A stretch of 64,000 bases of DNA from a virus (Duplodnaviria; Caudoviricetes), in the IMG/VR virus record IMGVR_UViG_3300029305_003178, positions 32,001 through 96,000 of that record. One strand, written 5' to 3'. Position 1 is the stretch's first letter. Each line of letters opens with the position of its first letter. The notes under the pieces are model-generated. The model was not told the DNA's origin and made no database searches. It saw only the letters and a list, made by a program, of their open reading frames with translations. Position numbers and translations under genes: made by a program. Positions 20,216-29,956 of the stretch are shown here, piece by piece.

Positions 20216-21166
20216 TTATTTATCTATATTCAGTAAATCATTATAAATCTTAGCACCATGACTATCTACAATGGTCTCTAAAATATACTGGTTATTGATA
20301 TAACCACCATTAGTCACAGACATAACATTGTAAATAAAATAAGGGAAAGATTCTAATGATAATAAGTTACTATCATAATACATTGAAATGAATGCTTCAA
20401 GATAGTTTCTAGTATTTAATCCTTTAAGATTTAATCCATATTTAGGATCAGCTATTGTTGTGATGAATGTATTGATATCATTATATGCTTCATCAGGGAT
20501 TAAATCATTAATTTCTTTTAAGCTATATAAATTACCATTAGGGCAATTTTTAATAGCATAATTGAAAGTTAATTCACTATTTTTCATACCAAGAATATTA
20601 ATCATAAAGAATTTACTAGAAAGCATTAAAATCTTATGATATTTAGTTTTATCAACATTTAATGCATATCTTTTATTCAATGTACGAGTAAACATCATTG
20701 AGTAGATTGCAGAACCATGAGTAATTAATGCTGTTCGTGTAGATAACTGGTGCTGATTTTCGTAGCATAATCTAGCTAAGTAAGCACCTTCTAATAAACA
20801 GTATAATTTTTTAGGATCAATTTTAATTGAACCGGTTTCTTTATCCATGGAACCATATGTATCTAATGCAACTACTGCAATAATAAGACCATTAGTACCC
20901 TTAGTTAAAAAGAAGGGTAAACATGTTGGAAGCTTTGCCTGTGTTGTGCAAAATTTTAATAAAATTTTACCACTATTAACAGCTTCCAACACTTTATATT
21001 TCAATGGATATTTGAAGTTCTTATTAATAATCATCAGTGGTTCATCAATCTGATCTTTTGTTACCGTAATACCATTATGTAACAAACCACTAATGTTAGT
21101 AGTTAAAGCACTTGATTTGTTTAAGTGAGTGTATATAAATGTAGATTCAAGGGATTTAAGTGCCAT
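20216..21166 (-). CDS. hypothetical late protein
   Basis: 316 aa; late promoter at 21198..21209. Confidence 0.8.
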   Translation of the reverse strand: MALKSLESTFIYTHLNKSSALTTNISGLLHNGITVTKDQIDEPLMIINKNFKYPLKYKVLEAVNSGKILLKFCTTQAKLPTCLPFFLTKGTNGLIIAVVALDTYGSMDKETGSIKIDPKKLYCLLEGAYLARLCYENQHQLSTRTALITHGSAIYSMMFTRTLNKRYALNVDKTKYHKILMLSSKFFMINILGMKNSELTFNYAIKNCPNGNLYSLKEINDLIPDEAYNDINTFITTIADPKYGLNLKGLNTRNYLEAFISMYYDSNLLSLESFPYFIYNVMSVTNGGYINNQYILETIVDSHGAKIYNDLLNIDK

Positions 21167-21254
21167 AGAATCACGAACTCCTTTCTATTAAAACTTTTAT
21201 TATATTGTTTCCAGTGTAAAAAATAGAGAGAATACGAAAAAAAAAAGAAAGTCA

Positions 21255-21842
21255 TTAAGACTTTCTTTTTACATTTCTAATTTTATATGATACTACTTGA
21301 TCTTTAGTGATTTCCCAGAATGTGGCTTGTACGTAACGACCATTCCAACAAAAATCATTTTGAAATGGTGTAATATCAAATACATCTTCCCATGAAGATT
21401 TAGTAACTTTTTCTTGCATATCTCTAGATAAAGAATCAAACCATTCTTCTACTTTCCAAAAAGATTCTTCATTCGTAGATGTATTATAAAATCTATTATT
21501 CAATACATTATGCCAAGAATTATAATCGCTTAAAACAACTTTGTCATCGGGAATTTCAAATTCTATACATACTTCAGGTTCTTTACTTTTAAAAAGTAAA
21601 GTTCTGAAGTCTGGTTTTTTATTTTCCCAATCAATCTTATACCATGCCCATAAAGGATAAAATGCTCCATAAGGAGATTCGCCAATTTTATCATACATTC
21701 TCATTACCAGCCATTTATATGCATCGAGATGTCTATGATGATTTTTATATAAATCCTCTACAATATTAGCAGGACATCTAAGTACTCCCGTTTCCATCAA
21801 TTCATTAAATGCTTCTATTGTTTGTACTGTCCATAATCTCAT
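21255..21842 (-). CDS. DUF3841-family protein
   Basis: MRLWTVQ...AYKWL...YPLWAWY...PDFR...VLSDYNSWHNVLN...QATFW. Confidence 0.75.
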   Translation of the reverse strand: MRLWTVQTIEAFNELMETGVLRCPANIVEDLYKNHHRHLDAYKWLVMRMYDKIGESPYGAFYPLWAWYKIDWENKKPDFRTLLFKSKEPEVCIEFEIPDDKVVLSDYNSWHNVLNNRFYNTSTNEESFWKVEEWFDSLSRDMQEKVTKSSWEDVFDITPFQNDFCWNGRYVQATFWEITKDQVVSYKIRNVKRKS

Positions 21843-21931
21843 TTCATATTACCCCCTTTATTAATTGTATAATATATAAATGAAAAATAGAGAGATTGGA
21901 AAATAATCCAATCTCTCTAAATATATTTAAA

Positions 21932-23281
21932 TTAAGCTTTAACAACATCTTCGAATACAACGATAAATTTACCATAGCCAACGCTAGGAATGTATACATA
22001 GTATTCATAAGAACCAGAAGCAGCTTTTTCCAGTGGTGCACCTGTATAGTTTCTAGCTTTACCAATTACATTATCAATTGTACCCAGTTTTTCCAGGGGT
22101 ACCAGACCGTAACTGATTTTACCATTTTCTACAGTTTTTGTATAACACACTGTATCTCTCATAATCTGTTCTTCACCTGCAAACAGTTCGAATGCGATGT
22201 AGGACTGACCATGTTCTCTTCTATGTGTAATGACATCAACATCACCTTCAACGGATTTGGAGATTTCATTTGCATAGCCATTTATTGTACCCAGAGCATA
22301 AACTTCACCAGCTCTCAGTACCTTACCATATTTAATACCTGCTTTGATCAGGAAATCATAACCATTTACAGTTACTTTGATATCACCATCAACTTCAGCA
22401 CTTGTAAAGATTACAGGAACTGCAACGAACAGTGTACCATCTTCTACTTTAAATGCAGGTGCAACAATAAAGCTATTATTACCAACACTCAGTCTAATTG
22501 TCTGATCTTTTGTGAATGTTAATTCACCGACTGTGATTTCATCAGCATCACTAATACCAGAAGCTACTTCTGTATAGAAAGATTCAGAAGCTTCTAATGT
22601 CTTGTTGCTACCAGATTTATTATAGTATGTGTCTTTCAGTTCAACTGTTTTAGCTGCTGTTTTTTCAGCAACTACTGCAGAGCGTTCAACTTCTGGAACA
22701 AAACCATCTACAGAGAATACTTCTCTATCGGATGTATTAAACATAATCAAACTATTTACTTTTTTCATTACTCTAGCAACGAATGTATATTCGCCGGGAT
22801 CGTTGACTGTTTCAACAGCTTCAACCAGTTCACCATTCCACATTACACAAACAGGTTTGGATGTGGATCTAAATGTTACCATTGTAGCATCTACAACTTT
22901 AATATCGGAAATAATCATATCTTCAGCAGTATCTACAGCCAGATCAACAATTTTGTCCATAGGTACTACATGAATGTCAGATGCATATACATCAGAACAG
23001 TCAACTACGATAGCTGTAGGAGTTACTTTTTTAGCAAAGATAGATTCTGTGCTGTGTTCACAATCGTTAGCAGTATTAATAACTTTTTCTGTTGTTTTAA
23101 TTACTTTAACGATACCATCGATAGTAACTTCTTTACCTTCAGCATTAACATATACTAAGTTTTTAATCAGCTGACCTTCTTTAAGTTCAACCATTTTATA
23201 GGAACCGTTTTCATAGTTAAGTTTAACTTCAACTAAAATTTTAGAAATCGGTGTAACAGATTTCAATTTTAAATTAGCCAT
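21932..23281 (-). CDS. putative virion structural protein
   Basis: 449-aa beta-rich ORF, AAAGGAGG RBS, late promoter at 23320..23331. Confidence 0.7.
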   Translation of the reverse strand: MANLKLKSVTPISKILVEVKLNYENGSYKMVELKEGQLIKNLVYVNAEGKEVTIDGIVKVIKTTEKVINTANDCEHSTESIFAKKVTPTAIVVDCSDVYASDIHVVPMDKIVDLAVDTAEDMIISDIKVVDATMVTFRSTSKPVCVMWNGELVEAVETVNDPGEYTFVARVMKKVNSLIMFNTSDREVFSVDGFVPEVERSAVVAEKTAAKTVELKDTYYNKSGSNKTLEASESFYTEVASGISDADEITVGELTFTKDQTIRLSVGNNSFIVAPAFKVEDGTLFVAVPVIFTSAEVDGDIKVTVNGYDFLIKAGIKYGKVLRAGEVYALGTINGYANEISKSVEGDVDVITHRREHGQSYIAFELFAGEEQIMRDTVCYTKTVENGKISYGLVPLEKLGTIDNVIGKARNYTGAPLEKAASGSYEYYVYIPSVGYGKFIVVFEDVVKA

Positions 23282-23352
23282 AATTATGAGCCTCCTTTAT
23301 AATAAAAATAATTATTTTTTACTTTATTGTTTCAATATTAAGAATTACTGTA

Positions 23353-23395
23353 TCCGTATTTATTAGATTTTTAAATATATATTATTATTGTGAAT
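23353..23395 (+). promoter_or_regulatory. extended early promoter TCCGTATTT-N16-TATATTAT-N5-TGAAT
   Basis: Same element at 8716, 9217 and 61993. Core TATATTAT also at 2044, 8168, 24465, 27161, 32986, 36314, 43833, 44671, 49667, 52060, 53432, 57758, 59258. Confidence 0.75.
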
Positions 23396-23731
23396 GAAAG
23401 ATGTATAATGCATTTTATCATTCAAATGTAACTAATTATCATTATTTATTAAAAGTTTTAAAATTAAAATGACACACCAAATGATTAATTGTACTATGCT
23501 AGCGGGCAATTGATCACCAAGGATTATTATTGTATCGTGCACATATAATAATATCCAGGCAATCTGGTCTCCCTATGGAGGTATATTCAAAAATCCCAGA
23601 ATATATGAACGGTGTGGTGCATTATACGTATGCATTCTAAAACCAGGGGACTAAGTAAAAGCAAGATCAGCTTTTAAGAGACAACCTAAATATGACTTCT
23701 CAATTTCGATGGGTGGTTGTCTTTTTTTTTT
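23390..23731 (+). ncRNA. candidate early structured ncRNA
   Basis: Full early promoter upstream, multiple stems, GC richer than flanks, no ORF longer than about 21 aa noted, terminator at the end. Confidence 0.55.
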
Positions 23732-23795
23732 GTTTTAAATAGTATTTTCTATCTCACATTAATTATAAGACAGAAATAGAAAGGTGGTGCTATAA

Positions 23796-24446
23796 ATGAA
23801 ATATAGTTCTCATAGCACTTATTATAATAAAGAAGGTATAGAAGTTCCTAGTGTAACTACTATACTTAAAATATTAAATAAACCAGCATTAACCACATGG
23901 GCTAATAATCTAGGCTGGAATAGAAAAAGCGTTAAAAAAGTATTAGAAGAAGTTTCTGATATTGGAACAGCTGTACATGAAATTATTAACTGTATATTAG
24001 CTAAAAAGAAATTAGAATATAGTAAATCACATATTCCATTTGATGTATTGTATCCGTATGTAATGAACTTTATGAAGTTCTATAATGATCATACATTCGA
24101 ACCAATTATATTAGAAGAATCTCTTAGTGTAGATAATTTTGGTGGCACAATAGACTATTATGGTAAATTAGATGGAAAATATACAATTATAGATTTTAAG
24201 ACATCTAAACAGATAAGAATGTCGATGTTTTTACAACTTGCTGCATATTGCATTATGTTGGAAAAGTATGGTCATACTGTAGAGCAAGTGGGTATATTAC
24301 TAGTAAATAATAAAAATGGCGGATTTAGATGTATATCTAGAGAAGAATTAGATCCATATATAGAAGTATTTAATGCTTTAGTAACTTTATTTCATTTGTA
24401 TTATAATCTTAACGAAAATGAAAATTGGCATGAAATGATTATTTAA
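23796..24446 (+). CDS. PD-(D/E)XK (Cas4-like) exonuclease
   Basis: PSVTTIL, GTAVHE, GTID, IIDFKTS, QLAAY. Confidence 0.85.
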   Translation: MKYSSHSTYYNKEGIEVPSVTTILKILNKPALTTWANNLGWNRKSVKKVLEEVSDIGTAVHEIINCILAKKKLEYSKSHIPFDVLYPYVMNFMKFYNDHTFEPIILEESLSVDNFGGTIDYYGKLDGKYTIIDFKTSKQIRMSMFLQLAAYCIMLEKYGHTVEQVGILLVNNKNGGFRCISREELDPYIEVFNALVTLFHLYYNLNENENWHEMII

Positions 24447-24498
24447 TAAAAATAAATTCAGATATATATTATATAATCAGAAAGGTTAGTGATATAAT

Positions 24499-25662
24499 AT
24501 GAAAGAAGAAAAAGTTTATATAGGAGCAGTAATCTCCGATATACATTACGGAGCTACTAATGCAGATGATTTAATGAAAGAATTAGATGAATCTTTTATT
24601 AAACATTTGAAATCATTAAAAATATTAGATTATATCGTAATTGCGGGAGATTTATTTGACTCTAAATTATCCCTCAATTCGGATCATACAAAAAATGTAT
24701 TTATTTTCATGAAGAAAATAATTGACATTTGTCGAGATAAGAACACTAAATTGAGAATCATTAAAGGAACAGAATCGCATGATAATTCTCAATTAAATAT
24801 ATTAAAATTCTTTGATGGTATTGATATGAAGATTATAGAAACTGTAACATCAGAAGAATTATTTCCTAATTTTAAAGTATTATATATACCAGAAGAGTAT
24901 GTACAGGATCAAAATGAGTATTACAAAGAATATTTTAATAATACTTATGATATGGTATATGGGCATGGTATGATTAATGAAGTATCATTCGTTAGTAAGA
25001 ATCAAGAGAGCGAAATGACTATGAATAAAGCACCAATATTTAAATCAGATGATTTATTACGAATATCTATCGGTCCTGTATTCTTTGGTCATATTCATAC
25101 GACTCAATGTATTAAGAAAAGATTTTTCTATTGTGGTTCATTCTCTAGATGGGTATTTGGTGAAGAATCTCCAAAAGGATTTTATATAGTAGCATATACT
25201 CCAAAAACAGGTAAATATAAAGTCGAGTTTATAGAAAATAAACTTGCTAAAAAATATATTACTGTAAAGGTAGAGGATGGTTCATCATTATATAAATTAG
25301 ATGGTGATAAACAATTAGAATATATTTTAGATATATCTAAAAGAATAGACTTTTATAAACTTCGATTAATCTTTAATATTCCAGAAACGTACGAGAATCC
25401 TGCAGCACTGACAGCATTAATTACAGATATATTTGCGAAACAGTCTAATATAAAGGTTATTGTAAATAATAATTCTAAAGATATATTAAAGAGAAAAGAA
25501 AATGAAGAAAAAATAAAAAATCTATTAACTGCATATGGATTCATATTTGATAAATCTGTCAACATAGATGAAAAGATATGTCGGTTTATAAAGATAAAAA
25601 ATAATAAAGATATATCTACAAAGAAAATGAGAAAGTACCTATATGAGAAGATAAATTTATGA
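24499..25662 (+). CDS. sbcD: SbcD/Mre11-like metallophosphoesterase nuclease
   Basis: SDIH, GDLFD, GTESHD, GHG, GHIH motifs. Confidence 0.85.
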   Translation: MKEEKVYIGAVISDIHYGATNADDLMKELDESFIKHLKSLKILDYIVIAGDLFDSKLSLNSDHTKNVFIFMKKIIDICRDKNTKLRIIKGTESHDNSQLNILKFFDGIDMKIIETVTSEELFPNFKVLYIPEEYVQDQNEYYKEYFNNTYDMVYGHGMINEVSFVSKNQESEMTMNKAPIFKSDDLLRISIGPVFFGHIHTTQCIKKRFFYCGSFSRWVFGEESPKGFYIVAYTPKTGKYKVEFIENKLAKKYITVKVEDGSSLYKLDGDKQLEYILDISKRIDFYKLRLIFNIPETYENPAALTALITDIFAKQSNIKVIVNNNSKDILKRKENEEKIKNLLTAYGFIFDKSVNIDEKICRFIKIKNNKDISTKKMRKYLYEKINL

Positions 25663-25692
25663 TATTCTAATATAGGGAGGGGGAATCTAATT

Positions 25693-27007
25693 ATGATGTT
25701 TAAAACAAACTCTAAAAATAATTATATTAAAGAGCATGATAAAATTCCATTGAAATTCGATATTTCAATGTTAAATATGTTTATAGGCTACTTATTTAAA
25801 AAGGCTCCTGGTATTACTAGAAAGTCTTTAAATAATATGAAAAAGCTTATAGATATTATAGATGAGACAATTTATGACGGTAATGATCAAATGAGTGAAA
25901 GATTAGAGTTTATTAAGAATGCATTAGATGCAAAACTCAATCAAGGATTTGAAAATGATGAAATGATCATCAACTATTGTCGTAGCGATATAGACAATAA
26001 AGAAAATAAAGAAATTATTGAAAATATTCCGTTATATACAAAGATAAATTATGATGAGATAACATATATCAATAAAGCAGTAGAAGATAGATTAAAATTC
26101 TTCTATTTATATTATTATAAAGATAGAATTTATAATGTTATGGAAAAATTAGATAGTGGTAATTATAAATCTTTCTTTGAAATTAATAATGAAGCAATTG
26201 ATGTATGTACTCAATTAGTTAATGCTGCAAGAAAAGTCAAATCAGTTGATGAAACGGATACATTTTCATTATCTGATGAAAATTTTGAAGATAATATTAT
26301 TGACATTGCAGAGAAATTAAAAAATCCATCAAGCATATTACAAACTGGTATACAGAAATTAAATCAAATGTTTGCACCTGGACTAATGTCTGGTAGACTC
26401 TATATGTTTCTTGGTCTCCCTGGTGGATATAAATCTGGTATACTTCTTAAAATAGCAAGAGATATTAGAAAATATAATAAAAATATTATAGGTAAAAAAC
26501 TCGGTAAACGACCATGTGTATTACTTATAACAATGGAAAATTCACTTCAAGAAACAGTAGAACGATTATTTAATATGACTATAACATCCACTAATATTAG
26601 AGATTATACTCCTAATGAAGTGGTTGATCTTATTAAAAAATCCGGAGAGTTTGAACTAACAGATGAGAACGATATAGATATAATTATTAAATATTATGCG
26701 AATAGAACTATTGATACATCTGATTTATACACCATAATAGAGGATTTATCAGATGATGGTAAAGAGGTTATAGCATTAGTATTAGACTATATCAAAAGGA
26801 TTCGTTCTTCGGAAAAATCAAAAGATGAAAAAGAAGAATTAAAAAATGTCACTAATGAATTAAAATCTATTGCTCAATATTATGATATACCTGTGATAAG
26901 TGCTTCACAGTTAAATAGATCCGGTGCATCTACAGTAGATGCGGCGTTACAGTCTAATAAAGAGGATCTCGGCAGACTATTGGGTAGATCTAATGTTGGT
27001 TCAGCCT
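25693..27007 (+). CDS. dnaB: DnaB-like replicative helicase, exon 1
   Basis: Walker A GLPGGYKS, ITMEN, VLDYI, SQLNR; exon ends at TCA GCC T. Confidence 0.85.
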
Positions 27008-27982
27008 TAAAGATTTATAGGGCTGATTAAATCTTTTTAATTGCTGGAAACTCCTTAGAGCTTAAGATACCAAAGAGTAACAATTCTTAAGATTGGACAA
27101 TCAGCAGCCAAGCTTTTGTAAAATATTGTATTAAAAAAGTATTTATTATTTATTCATTTATATATTATTTATAGGAAGGAGTTGATATTTATGAATTGCA
27201 CAATTGATATAGGTAATGAGTTATGGACTAATTTAGTATATAAAGATATTAAACCAATGTATGAAATTAGTACATATGGAAATATTAGAAATAGAAATAC
27301 TAAAAAAGTTCTTAAAAAATCAGTTAGTGAAAAAGGTTATATTCAAATTGGGTTAATGGTATATAGTAAGAAGAAAAGTAATAAGACATTTAAATTGCAT
27401 GTACTTGTTGCTCATACATTTTTATCAAAACCGCCCAATTTCTACTCAGAATACTATACTGTTAACCATAAGAATGGTAATAAGAATGATAATTCTATTT
27501 ATAATTTAGAATGGATAACATTTACTGAAAATATACAGCATTCATATAAACTCGGTCTTAATAAGCCAAGAAAAGGTTCTTTGAATGGTAGAAACAAGTA
27601 TGATGAAAAAATAATAGAATATGTATGTGAACTTATGTCTAAGAACTATAAAAATAAATATATTATAAACTGTGTGCTTGATAAATTCTCAATACAAATA
27701 TCAAAGCATGTCATTCATGATATACGACGTAAAAAGACCTGGACACATATTAGTAATAAATATTTTACAAAAGAAGGTTCAACGACTATCGAAAATTCTA
27801 ATAAAGATGAGTATCGTTATGATATTATAATCGAATTTAGAGATTAGTAGAGTACATCCAAGTGGATGGAAACGGAAGACATCTTATAATTATAAGATGA
27901 AGATATAGTCTGGTCTTTATGGAAACATAAAGAAGTTCATAAGAGAACTGCATAGAATTAACGACTCTATGTGAACATATCG
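27008..27982 (+). mobile_element. group I intron in the dnaB-like gene
   Basis: P1: exon TCAGCCT pairs with GGGCTGA (U.G at the splice site); AATTGCTGGAAA, AATCAGCAG, TTCAACGACTA and AAGATATAGTCT core elements; terminal G; splicing restores GSAWEIIENSDW. Confidence 0.9.
27191..27847 (+). CDS. intron-encoded HNH homing endonuclease (NUMOD4-HNH type)
   Basis: YEISTYGNIR, HVLVAHTF, VNHKNGNKNDNSIYNLEW; own TATATTAT at 27161. Confidence 0.9.
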   Translation: MNCTIDIGNELWTNLVYKDIKPMYEISTYGNIRNRNTKKVLKKSVSEKGYIQIGLMVYSKKKSNKTFKLHVLVAHTFLSKPPNFYSEYYTVNHKNGNKNDNSIYNLEWITFTENIQHSYKLGLNKPRKGSLNGRNKYDEKIIEYVCELMSKNYKNKYIINCVLDKFSIQISKHVIHDIRRKKTWTHISNKYFTKEGSTTIENSNKDEYRYDIIIEFRD

Positions 27983-28308
27983 GGGAAATAATAGAAAATA
28001 GTGACTGGTGCTGTATTATTAATATTGAAAGAAAGAAAGATACTGGTCAGTATTATCTTACTTTCAAGAGAGTAAAAATTCGTTATGGTGATCCAACAAA
28101 TTTAGATTACATAAATCATCCTTTTAATATGGACAATAGAATGCAGTTAATTGATGATATAGAATTAGCCCGTTCTTTATCTGAGGACAGTTTAGCATCT
28201 AATTTTGAAGGTATTGAATTATTGAATAAAAAAGGTAAAAGACATGCAGTTGAAAGAGAGACTGTAGATGATGAAGGATTATTTGATTTTTCAAAATCTA
28301 TAACTTAA
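27983..28308 (+). CDS. dnaB: DnaB-like helicase, exon 2 (missing from the ORF track)
   Basis: (W)EIIENSDWCCIINIER...YLTFKRVKIRY...FDFSKSIT*; spliced protein is 546 aa. Confidence 0.85.
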
Positions 28309-28396
28309 TAATAATTTATAATTTATATAACATAATGATAGGAGAGAAAAATATTCTATTCTCTCCTATCCATCTAAAACTTTTTATTCATTATGC

Positions 28397-28484
28397 GCCG
28401 AAATACCCAAGTGGTTGAAGGGGGCGGTCTTGAAAACCGCTAGGCGGGTTAAACCGTGCGTGGGTTCAAATCCTACTTTCGGCG
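28397..28484 (+). tRNA. tRNA-Ser(UGA)
   Basis: GCCGAAA/TTTCGGC acceptor stem, GCGGT-CTTGAAA-ACCGC anticodon arm, long variable arm. Confidence 0.92.
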
Positions 28485-28570
28485 TTCTCCTTTTCATGGG
28501 AAATTTGCTGGTCTGTATATGTGGTGGTATATATTAATATATCACCACTATATACGAATTAATTCATTTT

Positions 28571-28644
28571 GGGTCTTTAGCTCAGTTGGTTAGAGCAACC
28601 GGCTCATAACCGGTCGGTCCCGGGTTCGAGTCCCTGAAGACCCA
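28571..28644 (+). tRNA. tRNA with CAU anticodon, probably Ile2 (lysidine type)
   Basis: Cloverleaf with CTCATAA loop; body resembles Firmicutes tRNA-Ile2. Confidence 0.88.
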
Positions 28645-28685
28645 TAACATTATTTTTTAATATTAACATAACATATTTCTAATTA

Positions 28686-28773
28686 GGAGATGTACTCAAG
28701 AGGCTGAAGAGGTGCCCCTGCTAAGGGTATAGGTCGTGAGAGCGGCGCGTGGGTTCAAATCCCACCATCTCCG
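28686..28773 (+). tRNA. tRNA-Ser(GCU)
   Basis: GGAGATG/CATCTCC acceptor stem, CTGCTAA loop, long variable arm. Confidence 0.92.
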
Positions 28774-28866
28774 TTTTGCATTATATAATTAAATGCAAAT
28801 GTGATAGTTTCTTCTTTGGTGTATGGAAACAATATTGATGAGGTTGCGTGAATTCCTCATCATTAT

Positions 28867-28949
28867 GCGGCTGTGGCGGAACTGGCAGACGCGCGGGACT
28901 TAAAATCCCGTTCCAGTAAGGAGTATGGGTTCGATTCCCATCAGCCGCA
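28867..28949 (+). tRNA. tRNA-Leu(UAA)
   Basis: GCGGCTG/CAGCCGC acceptor stem, CGGGA-CTTAAAA-TCCCG arm. Confidence 0.92.
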
Positions 28950-29034
28950 TTTTTAGAAAATTCTTCTTCCAAGCAAACACCAAATTTCTTAACAATAGGG
29001 AATAGCGAAATAATCGCTATTCCCAATATTTTTT

Positions 29035-29472
29035 TTAGATTGATTCGATATATTTTTTATTTCGTCTTATATCTGGATCTTCTATAATTAATATCTCTTC
29101 TAATAATTTAATTATACCATCATCAAATACTTTAATAGTTTTTTTATTAAAGTCTAATATTGATGTCATATGATTAACTTTTAATAAAAATGACCATAAT
29201 TCTAAATTACCATAAAATTCATAACAGAATAATTTTGGTTGATATTTATATCTAAGATAATCTTTATCTGAAAATGTATATTCGATACATCTTTTCATAA
29301 GATAATCCCAATATTTATTTGGTAAGCTAGTAGTATTAATGATCAGTGCAGTATTATTAGAAGTCATTGTTAATTTATCTTTAAGATGTAATTTATGCAT
29401 AGTTATATCAACTTTATTATTATATTGACCATAGTCTGATAAACTATGGCAATTTTTAATATCTACTGCCAT
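29035..29472 (-). CDS. baseplate wedge (T4 gp53/LysM-like) protein
   Basis: YQPKLFCYEFYGNLELWSFLLKVN pattern. Confidence 0.55.
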   Translation of the reverse strand: MAVDIKNCHSLSDYGQYNNKVDITMHKLHLKDKLTMTSNNTALIINTTSLPNKYWDYLMKRCIEYTFSDKDYLRYKYQPKLFCYEFYGNLELWSFLLKVNHMTSILDFNKKTIKVFDDGIIKLLEEILIIEDPDIRRNKKYIESI

Positions 29473-29485
29473 AATATTTCACCTC

Positions 29486-29848
29486 TTATACAGAGTCTAT
29501 AATATTTAAATCTCTTATATTATTATTCATACAGTTACAAGTTAATTGTAAATTTTTATATACCCAACCATACTTATCAGCTTTATGTTGTAAACTACAG
29601 TTTGGTGATCTTGGTATAGTTATATATCCTTGTGTAGATACACTATTTGATACAGATGGTTTGCAAGCGTCATCATTAATAAAAATATTTTTATTAAATG
29701 TTTTTCTTGAACCACTCTGTGGAACTTTAGGCATTAGTTTAGGAACTCTTACTTTAAAATTTCTTGCATAATATTTTTGTTTTTCATATAGATAACAGTA
29801 TTCACCTTGATTAATAATCAAATCTTTTAAGTTTTGTATAGTTTTCAA
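29486..29848 (-). CDS. hypothetical late protein
   Basis: Probable TTG start after GGGGTGA; late promoter at 29872..29883. Confidence 0.65.
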   Translation of the reverse strand: MKTIQNLKDLIINQGEYCYLYEKQKYYARNFKVRVPKLMPKVPQSGSRKTFNKNIFINDDACKPSVSNSVSTQGYITIPRSPNCSLQHKADKYGWVYKNLQLTCNCMNNNIRDLNIIDSV

Positions 29849-29956
29849 ACAATCACCCCACAATTCTGTATTAAATAAATGTTAAACTACTTAAATTATA
29901 GATAATATAAGATGAAACATAAATAAATAAGACTAAATAGAAAGATGTGATGCTTA

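Noticed and set aside
23390-23731. tmRNA, RNase P, T-box or hammerhead assignment
   Set aside because: No tRNA-like ends or CCA, no GAGGAAAGUCC, no T-box consensus and no CUGAUGA core
25693-27030. Truncated dnaB pseudogene or frameshift
   Set aside because: Explained by the group I intron with an in-frame exon 2
28781-29026. 81-aa minus-strand ORF
   Set aside because: It is the antisense of tRNA-Leu
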